A stretch of DNA of 64,000 bases from NCBI GenBank assembly GCA_030829145.1, contig JAURBE010000001.1, positions 6,246 through 70,245 on the forward strand. The letters are read 5' to 3'. The position numbers and the translations under genes were made by a program. A model generated the notes under the pieces. It was not told where the DNA came from and searched no databases. It worked only from the letters and a program-made list of their open reading frames with translations. The number at the start of each line of letters is the position of its first letter. Position 1 is the first letter of the stretch. Source of the stretch: Verrucomicrobiota bacterium (GTDB taxonomy: Bacteria; Verrucomicrobiota; Verrucomicrobiia; Opitutales; Coraliomargaritaceae). Below, in pieces: positions 26,951 through 39,566 of the stretch.

Positions 26951-27715
26951 ATGAAACGACTCACATCCAACTGGCTTGCGTACATGCGGCATGGCTCTAC
27001 AGTACTGCTCTCACTCACACTACCCCACATCTTACTCGGGCAAGATACCTCACCCGAAGCCGCGGAAGTTGTAGACCACAATCTCAACCTATGGGGACTT
27101 ATTCAACAGGGCGGCTGGGCAATGTATCCACTTGGTACCTGCTCATTGATCATGTTTTTCCTTATCTTCTACTCGTGGAAGGAAACCGCTCAGACTAAAT
27201 TCTTCACCGCCGATCAATTGAGCGCAACCATTGATGCACTCGAAAGCGGTGATCATGACAAAGGCCGTAGCCAGCTGAAAGCAAGCAACAACCTACTCGC
27301 GCGTGCGCTCGCTCCTGCCATAAAGAAAATCGACAAAGGACACGAGAAAGCTGAGAACCTCTTCATCGAAAACTTGGAAGCCGAAGAAAACGGCGTCTCG
27401 CAGTGGGTGACGTATTTGAATGTCGTCGCCTCCGTGGCACCGATGATCGGGCTGCTGGGGACTGTCAGTGGTATGATCAGCGCGTTCCAAACGATTGGCC
27501 GTGGCGGCATGGGTCGACCTGAGTTATTAGCTGGCGATATCGGCGAAGCGCTGATCACTACTGCCACCGGGCTCGTCATCGGCATTCCTGCCATGATTGC
27601 CTATTTCATCCTGCGCAATCGTCTCAACTCAGCGATGATAGCCACCGCACAGGCGGGCACAAATTTAATTGAAGCAGCCGATGATGGTAGCCAGGTGCCC
27701 CTTCAAATTGACTAA
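26951..27715 (+). CDS. MotA/TolQ/ExbB proton channel protein
   Basis: GGWAMYPL, APMIGLLGTVSGMI.AF, I.EALITTATGL.IGIPA. Confidence 0.93.
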   Translation: MKRLTSNWLAYMRHGSTVLLSLTLPHILLGQDTSPEAAEVVDHNLNLWGLIQQGGWAMYPLGTCSLIMFFLIFYSWKETAQTKFFTADQLSATIDALESGDHDKGRSQLKASNNLLARALAPAIKKIDKGHEKAENLFIENLEAEENGVSQWVTYLNVVASVAPMIGLLGTVSGMISAFQTIGRGGMGRPELLAGDIGEALITTATGLVIGIPAMIAYFILRNRLNSAMIATAQAGTNLIEAADDGSQVPLQID

Positions 27716-27821
27716 GCCACAACTTCACGATGGTCAGGATTTTCGGTTACTCGTGCAACATCAGTACTATATTTGACTCAAACATTGCCCTGAGATTAAT
27801 TCCACTCTAGCGCTTTTATCT

Positions 27822-28475
27822 ATGATCCGAGATAGCGCGCTCAAAGAACTTAACCTTATTCTACATGAAGCACCCGGTGAAGACGGTGACTGGGGCTGGT
27901 TTAGCCGCGAACATGCAGTCGTCGTCGACGCTGTGCTACAAATGTTAGGGCACCCGTCGAAAGTAGTCGACGGCCTGCTGATCATGCAAGACGGCGATCA
28001 CACCCTAGCGACGATCCCGCTCGGCCATGCATGGAATCTCATTTACGATGATCGCCTGTTTGATGCCAGTGTCACCACACATCACATGACCTCACACTTT
28101 AAGGAATTTACAGGGGTGGACAACAACCGACCCGACACATGCCCCTATCAAATTCATTATTCTGCGAAGCTTCCCGAATCGATTCGCAACGCTGATCGCC
28201 CAAGCGGCCTCTATTACTACCGCAAAGAAGACTTCAGCTTTGATGCAGCCAAGCTATTAGAAGATCCATATCAATTCATCCACAAGCCCGAACCCGGCAC
28301 ACCCGACTTACTAGAAAGCTACGGTCGCGACATTTTCTTCAAACTCGCTTATCATATTTATCTTCTCCAAAACGGGCAAGTAAAGCCACTGCAGCGCGAC
28401 TCCGACGATCTGCTCGACAGCGTAGCCAGTTCACGCGCTGGCGCACGTAGAAAGGTACTTGCACTACTAGTGTGA
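27822..28475 (+). CDS. Hypothetical protein, possibly transglutaminase-like fold
   Basis: 217-aa ORF; GHAWN...FD motif. Confidence 0.6.
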   Translation: MIRDSALKELNLILHEAPGEDGDWGWFSREHAVVVDAVLQMLGHPSKVVDGLLIMQDGDHTLATIPLGHAWNLIYDDRLFDASVTTHHMTSHFKEFTGVDNNRPDTCPYQIHYSAKLPESIRNADRPSGLYYYRKEDFSFDAAKLLEDPYQFIHKPEPGTPDLLESYGRDIFFKLAYHIYLLQNGQVKPLQRDSDDLLDSVASSRAGARRKVLALLV

Positions 28476-28582
28476 AGTACGCTAAATTCGCCACATTATA
28501 ACGAGGCCTTCGAAGGGATATGGAACGGTGCTATTTTAATAGCTCTGACTGTTCGGTAAATGTCTGATTCAATGCCTTTTAG

Positions 28583-28666
28583 AACCACGGATGGACACCG
28601 ATGAACACGGATTTAATAGTTCGTTTCATTCAGAATATCCGTGTTCATCGGTGTCCATCCGTGGTT
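28583..28666. repeat. Perfect 30-bp inverted repeat built from three ~10-bp units
   Basis: AACCACGGATGGACACCGATGAACACGGAT and its exact reverse complement at 28637-28666. Confidence 0.9.
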
Positions 28667-28696
28667 TATAAATACACTAACTTAGCGTGCTCCACA

Positions 28697-29425
28697 CTAG
28701 GACTTCGCAGCCTGATCCACGACACTCAAGATATAGGCTGCTGCGGTTTCTGTGCGTAATACGTTCGCCCCAAGCCGCACTGCGTTAAAACCCGACGCAC
28801 GCAGTAATTCATACTCTGCAATCGAAAAATCTCCTGCGGGGCCGACCGCAACCACCACTTCGTCGAGTGGTCCTGCAGTCTTAAGCGTTTCTAATAAAGG
28901 ACGACTCCCCTCCTCCAGACTGGCAACGATCCGCAACGAGCCACCTGTATCTGGATTTGACTGCAGCCAATCGCCAATACGGCATGGCTCGACTAAGTCG
29001 GGCACGTAACTCAACCCACACTGTTTACAGGCCTCGATCATCGTCAGTTGCCACTTTTCCATCTTCTGCGCACCGTGCTCTCCTTGATCAGTAAATACTG
29101 GTTGAATCACCGACACGCCAATCTCTGTCGCCATGCGCAGGATCAGATCCATCGCTCTGCCTTTAGCCACAGACTGCAGTAGTGTTACTCGCGGCGTCAC
29201 AGCCGCCTGCCGCTTGACTGACTCCACCGCCACACGCACCGCCTTGGCAGCGGCGAGTTCGATTGTGCCGAGGTAGCGAGTCCCTTTACCGTCGAGCACC
29301 TCAATCGTCGCCCCCACCTTGGCTCGAAATACACGCACCAAATGGTGACTCTCCCGAGCATCCAAAATCAGAAAGCCCTCGCCTACCATTGCTTCAGGAA
29401 ATAAAAAGGATCGATATTGTGCCAT
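28697..29425 (-). CDS. rsmE: 16S rRNA m3U1498 methyltransferase
   Basis: [31 protein letters not shown]. Confidence 0.92.
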   Translation of the reverse strand: MAQYRSFLFPEAMVGEGFLILDARESHHLVRVFRAKVGATIEVLDGKGTRYLGTIELAAAKAVRVAVESVKRQAAVTPRVTLLQSVAKGRAMDLILRMATEIGVSVIQPVFTDQGEHGAQKMEKWQLTMIEACKQCGLSYVPDLVEPCRIGDWLQSNPDTGGSLRIVASLEEGSRPLLETLKTAGPLDEVVVAVGPAGDFSIAEYELLRASGFNAVRLGANVLRTETAAAYILSVVDQAAKS

Positions 29426-29588
29426 CGCAGCAACTTGACGCGTTCTTTCAGTACAGACAAGCCCCCACTCTCGAAGACTTTAAGGGATGATAACAATACT
29501 ATTTATGCTGGATCAAATAAGCTCTCTCATAGCAAAAAACCAAAATGGCGCATCATCAGGTCATACAAGCGACCCTCTGTGAAGTTAT

Positions 29589-29603
29589 TTAGAATTATTC
29601 TAA
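29589..29603. promoter_or_regulatory. Fur/Per-box-like 7-1-7 palindrome
   Basis: TTAGAAT-T-ATTCTAA upstream of the Fur-family gene and suf operon. Confidence 0.75.
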
Positions 29604-29720
29604 TTAGCACTTGCCTTTACCTTCTTTCGGGCTTTCTTGCTACTCGGTCTCATTATGACTGCTCGTTAGGTTATTCCGACTCAGACTTTGCGGTAAAAAG
29701 ACACTCCACTACTTTCAAAA

Positions 29721-30152
29721 ATGCAACTTTCGCCACAATATAAAGAGCTCCTCGATGACGCTCTGGAGCGCAGTGGCCAGCGCTCAACCAAGCAGCGCGA
29801 ACACGTGTTTGCGCTCCTGCTGGAAAAGCGTGACCATCCGACCGCAGATGAAATCTTTGCACGCGCTCGTCAAGGTATGCCCTCAATATCTCTCGCGACC
29901 GTGTATAACTGCTTGGAAACACTGACCGAAACGAGCTTGATTCGTCAGGTCAATTTTGAGCGTGAGTCGACTCGCTACTGCCCTAACCTTACACAGCATG
30001 CTCACTTCTATTGCCGCGAAAGCGGCGAAATCGTTGACGTTGAGCTCTCTGAAAAGCTGATCACTGAGCTCATGGCAGCTCTGCCTGAAGGTTTCTCAGC
30101 CCATCACATTGATATTGCTTACGATGGCTCCTGTAGTGACTGCCACGACTAA
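29721..30152 (+). CDS. Fur/PerR-family transcriptional regulator
   Basis: [29 protein letters not shown]-terminal CSDC. Confidence 0.92.
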   Translation: MQLSPQYKELLDDALERSGQRSTKQREHVFALLLEKRDHPTADEIFARARQGMPSISLATVYNCLETLTETSLIRQVNFERESTRYCPNLTQHAHFYCRESGEIVDVELSEKLITELMAALPEGFSAHHIDIAYDGSCSDCHD

Positions 30153-30195
30153 TTTTTACTCATTCAACACTCACCATTCTAAATTCACCAATTTT

Positions 30196-30957
30196 ATGAA
30201 CACGCTCGAAATAAAAAACCTCAATGTCTCCATCGATGGCCAAGCCATCCTTAAAGATTTCAACCTCACCATTCCAAAAGGCGAAGTGCATGCGCTCATG
30301 GGCCCAAATGGTACGGGTAAGAGTACGCTCGCTAAGGTGATGGCAGGCCACGAGGATTACACTGTCGAAAGTGGCGAAGTGCTGCTCGACGGCGTCAATA
30401 TTCTCGGCGAGGAGCCAGACGAAATCGCTAAAGCAGGCCTGTTCCTTGCATTTCAATATCCGCTCGAAATTCCTGGCGTCTCAATCGCCAACTTCATCCG
30501 CGCCGCACGCCAAGCACGCCTGCCTGAGGGCGAAGAAATCAATGCGGTCGAGTACTATAAGGAACTCTACGCGAAGATGGACGCGCTCAAGATGGATCGC
30601 AAGTTCACTGCCCGCTCACTCAATGAAGGATTTTCGGGTGGCGAAAAGAAACGCTGTGAAATTTTACAAATGTCGATGCTTGAGCCTAAGTACTGCGTCA
30701 TGGATGAGACCGATTCCGGCCTCGACATCGATGCACTCCGCATTGTTTCGGAAGGAGTCAATATGATGCGTGCTGAAGATCGTGCCTTTTTGATCATCAC
30801 CCACTACCAGCGCTTACTTGACTACATCGTCCCTGACGTGGTCCACGTCATGTTCGACGGCCGCATTGTTCATAGCGGCGATGCCGAACTTGCAAAAGAA
30901 CTTGAGTCCAAAGGCTACGACTGGGTCAAAGAAGAATTCGCTGGCGCGACTGCATAG
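30196..30957 (+). CDS. sufC: Fe-S assembly ATPase SufC
   Basis: [37 protein letters not shown]. Confidence 0.97.
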   Translation: MNTLEIKNLNVSIDGQAILKDFNLTIPKGEVHALMGPNGTGKSTLAKVMAGHEDYTVESGEVLLDGVNILGEEPDEIAKAGLFLAFQYPLEIPGVSIANFIRAARQARLPEGEEINAVEYYKELYAKMDALKMDRKFTARSLNEGFSGGEKKRCEILQMSMLEPKYCVMDETDSGLDIDALRIVSEGVNMMRAEDRAFLIITHYQRLLDYIVPDVVHVMFDGRIVHSGDAELAKELESKGYDWVKEEFAGATA

Positions 30958-31013
30958 CGGGATTCTGCATCAATCATCGTCATTCCTAATTTCTAATTTT
31001 TAATTTAAACATT

Positions 31014-32432
31014 ATGTCCGATACAGACATCCAAGACGAAGCCATCAACGTCGACACCGAGAAAGGAAACTTTAAGTATCCTGAAAACTACGAGTTCGAC
31101 GCTGGAGTAGGTCTCAATGAAGACACCGTCAAATACATCTCCAAAGTCAAAAAAGAAGCTCCATGGATCTTGGACTTTCGACTCAAGGCACTTGAAATCT
31201 TCAACAAGAAGCCAATGCCTACCAAGTGGGCAGATCAAGACCTCGACAATATCAAATTTGACGAGATCCGCTACTACCTGTCCAAAGGACAGCAGCCAGC
31301 TCGTTCTTGGGACGACGTACCCGACGACGTGAAGGAAACCTTCGAGCGACTTGGCATCCCTGAGCAAGAGCGCAAGTTTCTTGCTGGTGTGGAGGCTCAG
31401 TTCGACTCAGAGGCTTCCTATTCTCGCATGAAAGAAGATTTGGAGAAAGAAGGTGTCATCTTTGTCGGCTCATCCGAAGGTCTCGAAAAGTACCCAGAGA
31501 TATTTAAGCCTTATTTTGGTAAAGTCATCCCCACTTCGGACAACAAGTTCTCCGCACTCAACAGTGCGACCTTCTCTGGCGGTAGTTTCATCTACGTACC
31601 CAAGGGCGTAAAACTTAAGCAACCACTACAAGCCTATTTCCGAATCAACGCGGAAAACTTCGGACAGTTTGAGCGCACGCTAATCATCGCTGACGAAGAC
31701 TCCGAAATCACCTACATGGAGGGCTGCACTGCTCCCAAGTTTGAAACTGCGACGCTACACAGCGCTGTGGTTGAACTAGTCGCATTGAAAAATGCTAAAA
31801 TTCAATATATCACCGTACAAAATTGGTCTTCTAACGTCTTCAACCTAGTCACCAAGCGTGGCATGGCTGACGAAGGTGCCGAGGTGAAATGGATCGACTG
31901 TAACATTGGATCTCGCCTGACCATGAAATATCCTGGCGTGGTACTCAAGGGCAAGGGTGCACGTGGTGAAGTGCTCTCGATCGCACTCGCCAACGACGGC
32001 CAGCACCAAGACACTGGGGCGAAAATGATGCACCTCGCGGACAACACCACAAGCAACATCATCTCCAAGTCGATCTCGATCGGCGAAGGACGCTCCACCT
32101 ACCGCGGTCAGGTACACATGCCCAAGCACCTTAAGAACTGTAAGAATAATACCGAGTGTGATGCATTGTTAATCAACACCAACAGTCGCACCGACACCTA
32201 TCCTGCGATCACCACGCGTGGTGAAAACAACACCGTACAGCATGAAGCCAGTGTTTCGAAAGTGAGCGCCGAGCAAATCTTCTATATGATGCAGCGCGGT
32301 CTCTCCGAAGGTGAGGCGATGAGCCTCGCAGTGAATGGCTTTGTCAACGAGCTGATGAAGGCCTTCCCAATGGAGTACTCTGTTGAGCTCAAACGACTCA
32401 TCGATATGGAAATGGAAGGTTCGGTCGGGTAA
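31014..32432 (+). CDS. sufB: Fe-S assembly protein SufB
   Basis: [35 protein letters not shown]...MEGSVG. Confidence 0.97.
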   Translation: MSDTDIQDEAINVDTEKGNFKYPENYEFDAGVGLNEDTVKYISKVKKEAPWILDFRLKALEIFNKKPMPTKWADQDLDNIKFDEIRYYLSKGQQPARSWDDVPDDVKETFERLGIPEQERKFLAGVEAQFDSEASYSRMKEDLEKEGVIFVGSSEGLEKYPEIFKPYFGKVIPTSDNKFSALNSATFSGGSFIYVPKGVKLKQPLQAYFRINAENFGQFERTLIIADEDSEITYMEGCTAPKFETATLHSAVVELVALKNAKIQYITVQNWSSNVFNLVTKRGMADEGAEVKWIDCNIGSRLTMKYPGVVLKGKGARGEVLSIALANDGQHQDTGAKMMHLADNTTSNIISKSISIGEGRSTYRGQVHMPKHLKNCKNNTECDALLINTNSRTDTYPAITTRGENNTVQHEASVSKVSAEQIFYMMQRGLSEGEAMSLAVNGFVNELMKAFPMEYSVELKRLIDMEMEGSVG

Positions 32433-32476
32433 GCCCGATTCAACACAAACTGCGCACAGACACTTTTGAAAATCGA

Positions 32477-33778
32477 ATGAATACCACTTTGGAAACTCCA
32501 ACAGACACGCTTTCTGCCAACGAACCTGAATGGCTCTCCACCCTTCGCAATGAGGGTAAGGCTCAGTTCGACATCCTTCCGGCACCGACCGCACGGGACG
32601 AGCGCTGGCGCTTTGCCTCCGTCGGCAAGCTTAGCATCGACGGCTTTGCGCCGGCTCCAGCCCCCACAGCCGATAAACTTGCCGAGCTCGTCAAGCGCTC
32701 CAACCTTGTGAGTGAGCGCGCGGGGCAACTCGTCTACGCCGATGACACACAGGCACAGTTTGAAGGCATCAGCGAAGCGCTTGCAGCAAAAGGTGTGATC
32801 TACCTGCCTGTACTCGAAGCCGTCGCACAGCACCCAGAATTAATGCAAAAATATTTCCTACAAGAGTCGACTGAACTTGGCTCTGAGAAATATTTTGGTC
32901 TGCACGCTCAACTGGTTAAAGCAGGCTCGATTCTCTACGTCCCTAAAGGCATCGAGATTGAACAGCCCTTCGTTAACTATTACTGGACCAGCGGAGAGCG
33001 AGCAGCGGTATTTCCACATACACTGATCATTGCCGAGGAGAATGCCAAGGCATCTGTAGTCGACATCTTCTTTTCCGAAACGGAGGACAACCAAGCTTTG
33101 AACGTCTCTGTCTCCAACATCCACGCAGCCAGCGGAGCAAATATATTCCGCAAGGTGGTGCAGGATTGGAACGAAAAAACTGTCTCCTTCCAGCTCGACA
33201 CCACCGTCGCCGATCGTGACACCCTTGTGAAAAACCTCGCCGTCAACATTGGCGCAGAGCGCGCTCGTTTTGAAAACCAAACACGTATCGAAGGCCCTGG
33301 TGCTGACGTAAAGATGTACTCACTCACTGTCGCTGAGGAATCGCAGGAATTTGACCAACGCACCTTCCAGACTCATAATGCTGGTAATGCGGTCTCCGAC
33401 CTACTCTATAAAAATGCGCTACTCGACAAGGCGCGCACCATCTTCTCCGGTTTGATCAAAGTCGCTGAAGGTGCACAACAAACCGACGCATACCAAACCA
33501 ACCGCAACTTGCTACTCGACCCAACCGCCGAGGCCAATGCGCTCCCCGGCCTAGAGATTCTTGCCAATGATGTGAAATGCTCACACGGCGCAACTACTGG
33601 TAATGTTGATGCTGAGGAACTGTTCTACATGATGCAGCGTGGGATCGCCAAGCGTGATGCCATGAAACTCATGGTGTTTGGTTTCTTTGAAGAAGTCATC
33701 GAAAAAGTCGACAGCGATGAACTCGCCGACAATCTCCGTGAGCTCATACGCAATAAATTTGAGTCTAAAATCCACTAA
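32477..33778 (+). CDS. sufD: Fe-S assembly protein SufD
   Basis: [33 protein letters not shown]. Confidence 0.95.
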   Translation: MNTTLETPTDTLSANEPEWLSTLRNEGKAQFDILPAPTARDERWRFASVGKLSIDGFAPAPAPTADKLAELVKRSNLVSERAGQLVYADDTQAQFEGISEALAAKGVIYLPVLEAVAQHPELMQKYFLQESTELGSEKYFGLHAQLVKAGSILYVPKGIEIEQPFVNYYWTSGERAAVFPHTLIIAEENAKASVVDIFFSETEDNQALNVSVSNIHAASGANIFRKVVQDWNEKTVSFQLDTTVADRDTLVKNLAVNIGAERARFENQTRIEGPGADVKMYSLTVAEESQEFDQRTFQTHNAGNAVSDLLYKNALLDKARTIFSGLIKVAEGAQQTDAYQTNRNLLLDPTAEANALPGLEILANDVKCSHGATTGNVDAEELFYMMQRGIAKRDAMKLMVFGFFEEVIEKVDSDELADNLRELIRNKFESKIH

Positions 33779-33884
33779 AACGCTTCATCAGACTACTAAT
33801 CTCGTACTTACTCAGCACTTTGTTTAGCGTAAGGTCAGGAGTTGAATCATTTCACCAGTCACTACAAACTACTCACCACTTTAA

Positions 33885-34430
33885 ATGGACGATCAAGTCA
33901 CACTCACCCGCGAAGTTGAAGTCACACTCATCCCGCAAGGCACACCAATGACCTTGCCCGAAGGTGAGACAGTAACCATCACCCATCGGCTTGGCGGCAA
34001 CTTCACCGTCATGACCCACAACGGGATGTTTCGCGTCAGTGGAGCCAACGCAGATGCACTCGGTGAAGAAGTCTCCAGCGCTGCAACGTCTGCTGAAGCT
34101 GAAGGCGGCAATGGCCCAGTCAACACCGCTGACCTTTGGGAAGCGCTCAAGACAGTGTTCGACCCAGAAATACCGGTCAACATCGTCGACCTCGGCCTAG
34201 TCTATTCGCTCGAATGTAACGAACGCGAAGAAGGCGGACATAAAGTCGATATGCAAATGACACTGACCGCCCCAGGTTGTGGCATGGGGCCAGTCATCGC
34301 AGAAGACGCACAAATGCGACTCCAAAGTGTGCCCGGTGTCTCTGAAGCGGACGTTGAGATCGTTTGGGATCCACCTTGGAACCAAGATATGATTACAGAA
34401 GAAGGCAAAATGGTGCTGGGGCTGATCTAA
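33885..34430 (+). CDS. sufT: Fe-S assembly protein SufT (DUF59)
   Basis: [31 protein letters not shown]. Confidence 0.92.
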   Translation: MDDQVTLTREVEVTLIPQGTPMTLPEGETVTITHRLGGNFTVMTHNGMFRVSGANADALGEEVSSAATSAEAEGGNGPVNTADLWEALKTVFDPEIPVNIVDLGLVYSLECNEREEGGHKVDMQMTLTAPGCGMGPVIAEDAQMRLQSVPGVSEADVEIVWDPPWNQDMITEEGKMVLGLI

Positions 34431-34452
34431 ATTATTTTAGCTTAAATTTCAC

Positions 34453-34484
34453 AAGGCGGAACATGTAAACGTTCCGCTTTTTTT
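34453..34484 (+). terminator. Intrinsic terminator of the suf operon
   Basis: GCGGAAC-ATGTAAAC-GTTCCGC followed by a T7 tract. Confidence 0.85.
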
Positions 34485-34658
34485 GTGCACCGAGTACTCG
34501 TTAAACTGCTTGTTTATAGCATTTAACAGACCCAAGCACTCTCGATAAGACCAGTCAGATTCGATCATCGGGAAATATTTAGGATTGTTTTTTAGGAATT
34601 GTATAATCGCGAAATAATACTTAGTTATTAAACGTTATTTAACGTATATACTTTTCCT

Positions 34659-35306
34659 ATGAAAATTAGAATCATTACTTCCTTCTTGTTGATTACCGCT
34701 ACATTGAGTGCAATCGCAACGACTCCTCCAACTGCGGTGGAAATCGATTTCAACTTCACTAATAGCACTATCAATGGTGACAATACACTTGGCACCAATT
34801 TTAAAAATGAAGTGAATGGTCAAGCAGATGCTACAGTTGACCTAAGTACGATAGTCGCGGGACTTACTCTTACAGTCAGTGCTTCTCAATCCAATATCAG
34901 TCATACAGCAAACGGCTTGGGAATTACTTCTGGTGGCACTCTCAGTCATTCCGCTGATGCTCTGACATTTAGTTTCAATCAAACGATTACGCTGGACTCA
35001 TTAAAAATGGGTGATTTCACAGGAACAGGACAACTAGGTGAAGACATGGTGTCTATTTTGTATTCAAACACGAATCCAACAATCACATTGTCCGATGAAG
35101 ATTTCGACAACAAGACCAGCAACATCATCGATTTTTCCTCCGACAACGAAGTCTCACCACTTCATTCTTTTACTATTCGCCATGTTGATGGCGACTTTGC
35201 AATTGAAGGCTTTGGAGTAACAGTTGTTCCTGAAAATAATCAATACGTGCTACTAAGCAGTCTCTATGTACTATCTTTCACAATTTTCCGCCGCCGTAAA
35301 AACTGA
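34659..35306 (+). CDS. PEP-CTERM-like surface protein (degenerate motif)
   Basis: Signal peptide; VVPENNQYVLLSSLYVLSFTIFRRRKN. Confidence 0.75.
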   Translation: MKIRIITSFLLITATLSAIATTPPTAVEIDFNFTNSTINGDNTLGTNFKNEVNGQADATVDLSTIVAGLTLTVSASQSNISHTANGLGITSGGTLSHSADALTFSFNQTITLDSLKMGDFTGTGQLGEDMVSILYSNTNPTITLSDEDFDNKTSNIIDFSSDNEVSPLHSFTIRHVDGDFAIEGFGVTVVPENNQYVLLSSLYVLSFTIFRRRKN

Positions 35307-35385
35307 AAGTTAGTTCCATGCAAAACTAGGTCGACGATCACCATAAGCCTATCGCCGACAGCTTGGCACATCTACAAGTAATCAG

Positions 35386-35964
35386 TTACAACAAAGTATG
35401 AATGTCGACGACTGCCATGCCTGCACTCATCGCAGACTCCATACCCAATTTGGTATCCTCAAATGCATGGCATCGTTTCGGGTCGACACCGATCAGCCCT
35501 GCAGCTCGTAAATAAGTATCAGGCGCTGGTTTTGAATGCACCACGCACTCAGCACCGACAACTGCCTCGAACCAGTCATGCATACCCAGTGACTTTAAAA
35601 TAATCTCTGCCACCCAGCCCATGCTACCCGTAGCAATCGCCATTGGCATGTGTGCACGATGCGCCTCTGCAATCGCTTTAACTGGCACCACTGGTTGCAC
35701 CTCACTCAGTAGCTCCAAAAATAAATTTTCCTTGGCATCTGCTATAGCCACAGCATCCACAGACAAGCCCTGCTCTTGGGCCAATAATTCGATAATTTCG
35801 GCAGCCGGAACACCCCCAAGTGCATAAAAACGATCCAGTGGTAGTCGCAGACCATGCGCTGCCATTGATCGCGACCACGCTTCGAAATGCGTCGGCATGG
35901 TATCGGCTAAAGTACCGTCTAGGTCAAAGATTAAGCCAGCATACTGATGGTGCAGGTTTTGCAT
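35386..35964 (-). CDS. HAD-family phosphatase (YqaB/beta-PGM-like)
   Basis: IFDLDGTLADT, KPAPD, FED; likely start MQNL. Confidence 0.9.
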   Translation of the reverse strand: MQNLHHQYAGLIFDLDGTLADTMPTHFEAWSRSMAAHGLRLPLDRFYALGGVPAAEIIELLAQEQGLSVDAVAIADAKENLFLELLSEVQPVVPVKAIAEAHRAHMPMAIATGSMGWVAEIILKSLGMHDWFEAVVGAECVVHSKPAPDTYLRAAGLIGVDPKRCHAFEDTKLGMESAMSAGMAVVDIHTLL

Positions 35965-36074
35965 GCGGCTTACTAACAAGCTCAGGCCCATCATAACAAG
36001 GCAAACCCCCTGAGGAAGAAGGCTCGCCACTCGCATTTTTTTACTTTCTGTTAGGTGACTTAAATCACACTGCT

Positions 36075-36746
36075 ATGTTACGCTCACTACGAAACGCATT
36101 TTTCACTGGCATCGTCGTTATTCTACCACTCGGCGTCACCATGATCGTCATCCGATTCTTACTCGAAAAAATCGGCACACCTGCAAGTCGCTATTTCTTC
36201 TGGTTTCTTGATACAGAAGTACGAACTATGCCTATTATAGAACTCTCCCTTGAGTTCATCTCGGTGCTGTTTGTCCTACTACTCATCACCCTACTAGGCT
36301 ATGGCTCACGCATCTACCTCGGGCGTATGTTACTCAATAGCCTCGAACTGCTTCTCAACCGCGTGCCCTTAATCAACTCGATCTATCGCTCGGTAAAACA
36401 GATTGTGCAGTCCTTCAACCAACAAAAGAAAGCCGTTTTTCAAGAAGTTGTCCTGCTCGAATACCCACGCAAGAAATGCTATGTGCTCGGCTTTTTAACC
36501 AGCACCGCCATGGGCGAAACTCAAGATGCCACGACTGAACACATCGTCAACGTCTTCGTCCCTACGACCCCGAACCCAACCAGTGGATTCCTGCTCATGC
36601 TTCCTGAAGATGACATTACCCGCCTCGATATGAGCATTGCTGACGGCATGAAACTGATTATCTCAGGTGGTGCAGTCGTACCCAACGGCAAAGCCGACAA
36701 CACTGTGCTGATCAATAATCCTGCCGAGCCGATTGCAAGCGCATGA
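36075..36746 (+). CDS. DUF502 membrane protein
   Basis: VFVPTTPNPTSGF, IISGG. Confidence 0.92.
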   Translation: MLRSLRNAFFTGIVVILPLGVTMIVIRFLLEKIGTPASRYFFWFLDTEVRTMPIIELSLEFISVLFVLLLITLLGYGSRIYLGRMLLNSLELLLNRVPLINSIYRSVKQIVQSFNQQKKAVFQEVVLLEYPRKKCYVLGFLTSTAMGETQDATTEHIVNVFVPTTPNPTSGFLLMLPEDDITRLDMSIADGMKLIISGGAVVPNGKADNTVLINNPAEPIASA

Positions 36747-37372
36747 GTCGCCCAGCTATCACCGAACGTGCACTCGTATTGCGGATCGCTCACAGCGGTG
36801 AATCCTTTCATAAAATCGATCTGCTGAGCCTCCAGAGTGGTGCCTTTTTATGTCTGAAACGAGTCTCCAAAAAAGCGCAGACCGCTGCGCCTGACCTGTT
36901 CGACACGGCAGACATCCATCTCGAGACTTCCAAACAAGGGACACTGCGCTTTGTAAACGACTACGAACTCATACACCGCCGCAGCGCGATTGGGCGCTCT
37001 TACCGGAAACTACAATACGCATCGGATTTTTGTACCCTGATCGCACTCAACGGCCCACACATGGCCGACCCTGTATTACTCTATCAAATCACTGAGCGTA
37101 CGCTGAATGCTTTCACCGAGCGAGACATGCCAGCGATTGTCTTTCTTAAAGCAATCTACTTGTTACTTAAAGACGAAGGCTACCCGGTACGCGAATCTTG
37201 GTGGCCACAATTACCCAGTCACCTACGCGAAGCGGCTATACAGCTCATTAATCAGCCCACACCAGACAGCGCAACAGCCGAGCGGCTTGAAGCATGTGAA
37301 CAAATTAGCCAGCACCTCTGTCATTGGCTGCGCCGCGAAACTGACCTCATGCTGCCCAGCGGACTACAATAA
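36743..37372 (+). CDS. RecO-like DNA repair protein
   Basis: N-terminal ALVLR...GES OB-fold-like start; size fits; weak similarity only. Confidence 0.6.
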   Translation: MSRPAITERALVLRIAHSGESFHKIDLLSLQSGAFLCLKRVSKKAQTAAPDLFDTADIHLETSKQGTLRFVNDYELIHRRSAIGRSYRKLQYASDFCTLIALNGPHMADPVLLYQITERTLNAFTERDMPAIVFLKAIYLLLKDEGYPVRESWWPQLPSHLREAAIQLINQPTPDSATAERLEACEQISQHLCHWLRRETDLMLPSGLQ

Positions 37373-37401
37373 TTGTATCTAGAGCCTAAGGCTTCCTTAA
37401 A

Positions 37402-38624
<1,223 letters not shown>

Positions 38625-38640
38625 TTAGTGAAATATTCCT

Positions 38641-39117
38641 ATGAGTCTCGACATTCCCAGCATCCAAGAAATTGACGGCAACGGCCTGCGCATCGCCATC
38701 ATCGCCTCTCGCTACAATGAGGCGCTAGTCGACTCGCTGGTGCATCATGCCTGCACCACACTAACTGCAGCAGGCGCTGAAGCACCACTGATCGAGCGTG
38801 TTCCTGGTGCCGCTGAACTTCCCTTTGCAGCCTCAACACTCGCACACCATTCCTTATTCGATGCCATCATCGTGATTGGAGTCGTCATCGCAGGTGACAC
38901 CAATCATCACGAAATTATCGGCAATAGCACTGCCAGTGCACTACTCAATATTAGCACTTCGCAGAAAGTGCCTGTCATTAATGGCATTCTCGTTGTTAAT
39001 AATCTCGCCCAAGCAGAGGCCCGTACTGGCGAAACCATCAACCGCGGCAAAGAATTTGCCCAAGCAGCCCTAGAAATGGCTCAATTTACAAAAAAATGGA
39101 AGACCACGAACCAGTAA
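38641..39117 (+). CDS. ribH: 6,7-dimethyl-8-ribityllumazine synthase
   Basis: IAIIASRYN, VPGAAELP, PVINGIL, QAEAR; adjacent to nusB. Confidence 0.93.
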   Translation: MSLDIPSIQEIDGNGLRIAIIASRYNEALVDSLVHHACTTLTAAGAEAPLIERVPGAAELPFAASTLAHHSLFDAIIVIGVVIAGDTNHHEIIGNSTASALLNISTSQKVPVINGILVVNNLAQAEARTGETINRGKEFAQAALEMAQFTKKWKTTNQ

Positions 39118-39554
39118 CTCGCCGCTCACAACGCCGTGAAAACCGCATGAGCACCATTCAATTCCTTTATCAGTGGGAATCGAATAAGCCTGATATTCTT
39201 GCAGATGATATCTGTCAGTTCTTCGAACACCAAGAAGAAGAACGTGCTTACTACGCCTTTGCAGAAGAGCTCTCGATCGGCACGATTGAACACATCGAAG
39301 AAATCGATAAACATATTAAAGAGCATGCCAACAACTGGACATTTGATCGTATCGCCAAGGTCGATCTCGCAATTCTTCGCCTAGCTATTTACGAACTGCT
39401 GTTTCGCACAGATATACCACCAATTGTCAGTATCAATGAAGCAATCGACCTTAGTAAAGTTTTCTCCACTCCAGACTCGAAGCGTTTCGTAAACGGTATT
39501 CTAGATAAGATGAAAGGCAAAATTACACGTCCACTGCGTAAGGCAGTCGACTAA
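39096..39554 (+). CDS. nusB: Transcription antitermination factor NusB
   Basis: VDLAILRLAIYEL, INEAIDL.K.F, FVNGILD. Confidence 0.95.
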   Translation: MEDHEPVTRRSQRRENRMSTIQFLYQWESNKPDILADDICQFFEHQEEERAYYAFAEELSIGTIEHIEEIDKHIKEHANNWTFDRIAKVDLAILRLAIYELLFRTDIPPIVSINEAIDLSKVFSTPDSKRFVNGILDKMKGKITRPLRKAVD

Positions 39555-39566
39555 TTCATTACTGCT

